Below are positions 14,867 to 18,695 of a stretch of DNA of 18,695 bases, in pieces. Each line of letters starts with the position of its first letter. The stretch's first letter is position 1. The stretch is from an archaeon (lineage in GTDB: Archaea > Iainarchaeota > Iainarchaeia > Iainarchaeales > Iainarchaeaceae). The notes beneath the pieces were generated by a model that was not told the origin of the DNA, ran no database searches, and saw only the letters and a program-made list of their open reading frames with translations. The stretch covers positions 1-18,695 of the forward strand of contig JBBSVV010000018.1 of the NCBI GenBank assembly GCA_038046625.1, given 5' to 3'. A program made the position numbers and the translations under genes.

Positions 14867-15964
14867 ATGCACAATTTTTTTGGAAGTGTAAAATTGGACA
14901 AAAAGAAAGTTGGAATTCTCGGCGCAACCGGAATGGTCGGGCAGCAGTACGTGAGCCTCTTGGAAAACCACCCGTGGTTCGAGGTGGGCTGCGTTGCGGC
15001 TTCCGAAAGGTCGGCAGGCAAAAAGTATTCCGAGGCAGTTGAGGGAAGATGGCACATGCAGAAGGAAATTCCGCAAACCGCAAAGGAATTAATGGTTCGG
15101 GATGTCGCACAGGTAAAAGAAATCGCAAAGGAGTGCGACTTTGTTTTTTCGGCGCTTGACACTCCTGTTGCAAAAGTTTTCGAGGAAAAATATGCGGAGG
15201 CAGGAACGCCAGTTGTTTCGAACGCGTCAACGCACAGGAACACAAAAGACGTTCCAATGCTCATTCCTGAAATAAACGCGGAGCACATGAGCATTATTCC
15301 GATGCAGCAAAAAAACCGCGGCTGGGCAAATGGGTTCATTGTCGTGAAGCCGAATTGTTCCTTGCAGAGCTACATGACGCCATTGTTCGCGCTGCACGGA
15401 AAATTCAGTGTGAAAAAAGTAATCGTGACTACGCTACAGGCCGTAAGCGGCGCGGGGCACCCCGGAGTTTCCTCATTCGACATTATTGACAATGTGATTC
15501 CTTACATTGGCGGGGAAGAGGAGAAAAGCGAGAACGAGCCGATGAAAATACTTGGAAGCGTAAAGGGCAACGAGATAGTGAACGCTTCAGGGATAGAGAT
15601 TTCCGCGCACTGCAACCGCGTTCCCGTAATTGACGGGCACCTCGCGTGCGTCTCCGCTGCTTTTGAGAAAAAGCCTTCGCGCGCGGAAATTCTGGATGCG
15701 TGGAAAAAATTCAGGGGCATTCCGCAGGAACTTAAACTTCCTTTCGCGCCAAAGCAGCCTATCATTTATCGCGAGGAGGAGAACAGACCCCAGCCGCGCC
15801 TTGACCGCGATGTTGACAAGGGAATGGCCGTAACTGTCGGAAGGCTGAGGAAATGCAATGTTCTGGATTGGCGCTTTGTGGGGCTATCGCACAACACAAT
15901 AAGAGGGGCTGCCGGCGGCGGAATCCTGAACGCGGAGCTCCTCGCGGCGAAAAAGTTTATTTGA
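14867..15964 (+). CDS. asd: Aspartate-semialdehyde dehydrogenase (archaeal/fungal-like type); alternative TTG start at 14894
   Basis: LGATGMVGQ, catalytic [30 protein letters not shown] and HNTIRGAAG. Confidence 0.95.
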   Translation: MHNFFGSVKLDKKKVGILGATGMVGQQYVSLLENHPWFEVGCVAASERSAGKKYSEAVEGRWHMQKEIPQTAKELMVRDVAQVKEIAKECDFVFSALDTPVAKVFEEKYAEAGTPVVSNASTHRNTKDVPMLIPEINAEHMSIIPMQQKNRGWANGFIVVKPNCSLQSYMTPLFALHGKFSVKKVIVTTLQAVSGAGHPGVSSFDIIDNVIPYIGGEEEKSENEPMKILGSVKGNEIVNASGIEISAHCNRVPVIDGHLACVSAAFEKKPSRAEILDAWKKFRGIPQELKLPFAPKQPIIYREEENRPQPRLDRDVDKGMAVTVGRLRKCNVLDWRFVGLSHNTIRGAAGGGILNAELLAAKKFI

Positions 15965-15997
15965 TTTTCAGGTTTTGTTATTTGCAGGCGTGATTCA

Positions 15998-17224
15998 GTG
16001 GTTAAAACGAACCCTAACTATGACAAATTGGTTTCCGGTTATCTTTTTCCTGAAATAAACAGGCGCGTGAACACGTTCCGCGAAAAAAATCGGGGCGTTG
16101 AAGTGATGCACCTCGGCATCGGCGACACAACGCACGCATTGGCACCAAGCATTGTAAAGGCGATGCACAATGCAGTTGAGAAGCTCGCTGACGAAAAAAC
16201 CTATACTGGTTACGGGGATGAACAGGGAAACAAAGAACTGAGGAAAGCAATTGCAGAGTATTACAAAAATCGCGGGGTTGAATTGGCGACCGATGAGGTG
16301 TTTGTGAGCGACGGAGCGAAATGCGATTTAGCGAACATGCAATCCATTTTTTCGCAGGAAGCCATTATTGCAGTGCAGGATCCTGTTTACCCTGTGTACG
16401 TTGACACGAACGTGATTGCGGGAAGGACAGGGGCACTCAACCCGAAAGGCGGGTTCGATGGAATCGTTTACATGCCCTGCACCGAGGATAACAATTTTTT
16501 CCCCGAGGTGCCGAGGCAAAAAGTCGATTTAGTTTATTTGTGCTCGCCCAACAACCCAACTGGCGCAACCGCGACTAAACAGCAGCTTGGGAAGTTCGTT
16601 GATTACGCGAGGAAAAACAAGGCCATAATATTGTTTGATGCCGCTTACAACGAGTACATTTCGGATTCCTCGCTGCCCAAGAGCATTTACCAGATTAAAG
16701 GCGCGATGGAATGCTGCATTGAAATAAACAGTTTTTCCAAGAGCGCGGGCTTCACGGGAGTCAGGCTGGGCTGGACAATAGTGCCGAAGAGCGTTTCGTG
16801 CGAAAATGCGGCACCCGGAAAGCTCAATGCGCTCTGGAACAGGAGGCAAACCACTATGTTCAATGGGGCCTCGAACATCGCGCAGGAAGGCGGCATCGCG
16901 TCTTTATCGGAAAAGGGAATAAAGGAGAACAGGAAAATAATAGATTATTACATGGAGAATGCGCGCATCATAAAAAAGTGCTTCGAAGGCAAGGGCATGA
17001 AGGTTTTCGGCGGCGAAAATGCGCCTTATCTTTGGGTAAAGCTTCCGCGCGGAATAAAATCATGGGATTTTTTTGACAAGCTTCTAGCCGAGGCGCATGT
17101 GGTCTGCACACCGGGCTCAGGATTCGGCTCGAAAGGAGAGGGTTTTGTGAGGCTGAGCGCGTTCGGGAAGCGCAAGGAAACAGAGAGAGCAATTGAAAGC
17201 ATAAAGAAGAATTTGAAACTTTGA
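15998..17224 (+). CDS. dapL: LL-diaminopimelate aminotransferase
   Basis: [38 protein letters not shown]-lysine motif [14 protein letters not shown] and FNGASNI. GTG start. Confidence 0.95.
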   Translation: MVKTNPNYDKLVSGYLFPEINRRVNTFREKNRGVEVMHLGIGDTTHALAPSIVKAMHNAVEKLADEKTYTGYGDEQGNKELRKAIAEYYKNRGVELATDEVFVSDGAKCDLANMQSIFSQEAIIAVQDPVYPVYVDTNVIAGRTGALNPKGGFDGIVYMPCTEDNNFFPEVPRQKVDLVYLCSPNNPTGATATKQQLGKFVDYARKNKAIILFDAAYNEYISDSSLPKSIYQIKGAMECCIEINSFSKSAGFTGVRLGWTIVPKSVSCENAAPGKLNALWNRRQTTMFNGASNIAQEGGIASLSEKGIKENRKIIDYYMENARIIKKCFEGKGMKVFGGENAPYLWVKLPRGIKSWDFFDKLLAEAHVVCTPGSGFGSKGEGFVRLSAFGKRKETERAIESIKKNLKL

Positions 17225-17268
17225 ATAAGTTCAGCAAGCAATAAGCAAAAGGAAAAAAACGTGATGCC

Positions 17269-18558
17269 ATGAACTCGGACTCTGATTTGCCATTCACCAA
17301 GCAACAGATTGAAAAAATAGCGGAAAAGTATCCCACGCCGTTCCATATTTATTACGAGGAAGGAATCAGGAAGAATGCAAAAGCATTGAACAGGGCTTTT
17401 TCGCGCTTTCCGGGCTTCAAAAATTTTTTTGCGGTGAAAGCCTGCCCGAACCCATACATAATGGAAATAGTGAAGGAAGAAGGCATGGGGGTTGACTGCA
17501 GTTCGCTGCCAGAGCTTTTGCTCGCGCAAGCTGTAGGCTTCAAGGGAGAGGAAATAATGTTCACCTCAAACAACACTCCCGCAAACGAGTTCAAAAAGGC
17601 TTTCGAGCTCGGCGCGATAATAAACCTCGACGACATCACGCACATCACTTTCCTGGAGAAGCATGCCAGAATTCCTGAACTCATTTGTTTCAGGTATAAT
17701 CCGGGGCCGCTGCGAACAACTGCAGAAGGGAATGTTATTGGCAACCCGCAGGACGCAAAGTATGGCCTCACAAAGGAACAGCTCTTCGGGGCATACAGAA
17801 TAATGCAGGGAAAGGGAGTGAAGCGCTTCGGTTTGCACACAATGATTGCTTCCAACGAACTCAGGAAAGATGTGTTCGCGGAAACAGCAGCCATGCTCTT
17901 TGACATCGCAATCGAGCTGAACAAAAAGCTCGGCATAAAGCTCGAGTTTGTGAATCTCGGCGGCGGAATAGGAATTCCCTACAAGCCGGAACAGAAGCCT
18001 GTTGATTTGGAGGCGCTTTCGAAAATGATTGCGGAGGAATATGCCAAAAAAAACATTTCGAAAATGCTCCCGAAAATGAAAATCGTAATGGAGAACGGGA
18101 GAATGGTTACCGGCCCATACGGATATCTTATCACAAGGGCGATTCACGAAAAGCACATCTATAAAGAATACATCGGTGTTGACGCTTCAATGGCGAACCT
18201 CATGAGGCCGGGAATGTACGGCGCGTACCACCACATAACAGTGCTGGGAAAGGAGAGCCGAGAGGCGACGGAAACCTACAGTATAGTGGGTTCGCTTTGC
18301 GAGAACAACGACATGTTCGCTGTGCAAAGGAAATTCCCGAAAATAGAAGTGGGAGACTTGCTCGCGATACACGATTCGGGGGCTCATGGGCACGCAATGG
18401 GTTTCAACTACAATGGCAAGCTGCGCTCAGCGGAGCTGCTGCTGAAAAAGTCCGGAGAAGTTCAGCTTATACGCAGGGTCGAAACCCCGGCGGATTACTT
18501 CAAAACACTGGACTTCAAGGATTCGAAGTACGCTGATTTGGGAAAAAACAAAAAATAG
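17269..18558 (+). CDS. lysA: Diaminopimelate decarboxylase
   Basis: YPTPFHIY, PLP-lysine motif FAVKACPNP, NLGGGIG, MENGR, LMRPGMYGAYH, GSLCENND and GAHGHAMGFNYNG. Last gene of the dap operon. Confidence 0.93.
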   Translation: MNSDSDLPFTKQQIEKIAEKYPTPFHIYYEEGIRKNAKALNRAFSRFPGFKNFFAVKACPNPYIMEIVKEEGMGVDCSSLPELLLAQAVGFKGEEIMFTSNNTPANEFKKAFELGAIINLDDITHITFLEKHARIPELICFRYNPGPLRTTAEGNVIGNPQDAKYGLTKEQLFGAYRIMQGKGVKRFGLHTMIASNELRKDVFAETAAMLFDIAIELNKKLGIKLEFVNLGGGIGIPYKPEQKPVDLEALSKMIAEEYAKKNISKMLPKMKIVMENGRMVTGPYGYLITRAIHEKHIYKEYIGVDASMANLMRPGMYGAYHHITVLGKESREATETYSIVGSLCENNDMFAVQRKFPKIEVGDLLAIHDSGAHGHAMGFNYNGKLRSAELLLKKSGEVQLIRRVETPADYFKTLDFKDSKYADLGKNKK

Positions 18559-18604
18559 CGGGCTATAGCAAACCAATAAAGTAATTTGGCGGATTTTCAT
18601 TGTT

Positions 18605-18650
18605 CCTTGTACCCGCAGGGTACGAGGCCTAGTACCCATTGGGCACCAGG
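18605..18650. repeat. REP-like twin-hairpin element, copy 2
   Basis: CCTTGTACCC-GCA-GGGTACGAGG abuts CCTAGTACCC-ATT-GGGCACCAGG. Positions 18622-18651 match 3927-3956 at 26/30 in direct orientation. Confidence 0.8.
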
Positions 18651-18695
18651 TGCTATCTAGCAGACCGCCATAAATGCCGAAAAACTTTCGCGGTC

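Overview
This ~18.7 kb window appears archaeal: TATA boxes lie ~25 nt upstream of several starts, GGAGG/GGTGA ribosome-binding sites and leaderless genes occur, and the tRNA looks archaeal. The compact layout, short basic orphan ORFs and bacterial-type anabolic genes suggest a DPANN lineage such as Iainarchaeota/Diapherotrites (inference only). From left to right it holds: an HTH-MNT/HEPN toxin-antitoxin-like pair with tandem operators; an MFS transporter; a small membrane protein; a SIMPL protein; a repeat- and hairpin-rich spacer and tRNA-Ala(CGC); a small basic orphan; a polyamine cluster (SpeD-like pyruvoyl decarboxylase, carboxyspermidine dehydrogenase and decarboxylase, convergent with aguB-aguA); a second basic orphan; a CxxC-x17-CxxC zinc-ribbon gene with a structured leader; and an aspartate/lysine operon (lysC-dapB-hom-dapA-asd-dapL-lysA, no dapF). 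The most interesting signals are: (1) a complete arginine-to-spermidine route in which the SpeD homologue probably acts as arginine decarboxylase and the neighbouring operon supplies aspartate semialdehyde; (2) an odd dehydrogenase/decarboxylase junction with no in-frame ATG, an in-frame G_GGA_AAA slippery site and a synonymously diverged duplicated peptide; (3) a REP-like twin-hairpin element present twice, 14.7 kb apart; (4) a DapL+LysA pathway lacking the epimerase; (5) a tRNA with altered tertiary-core bases.
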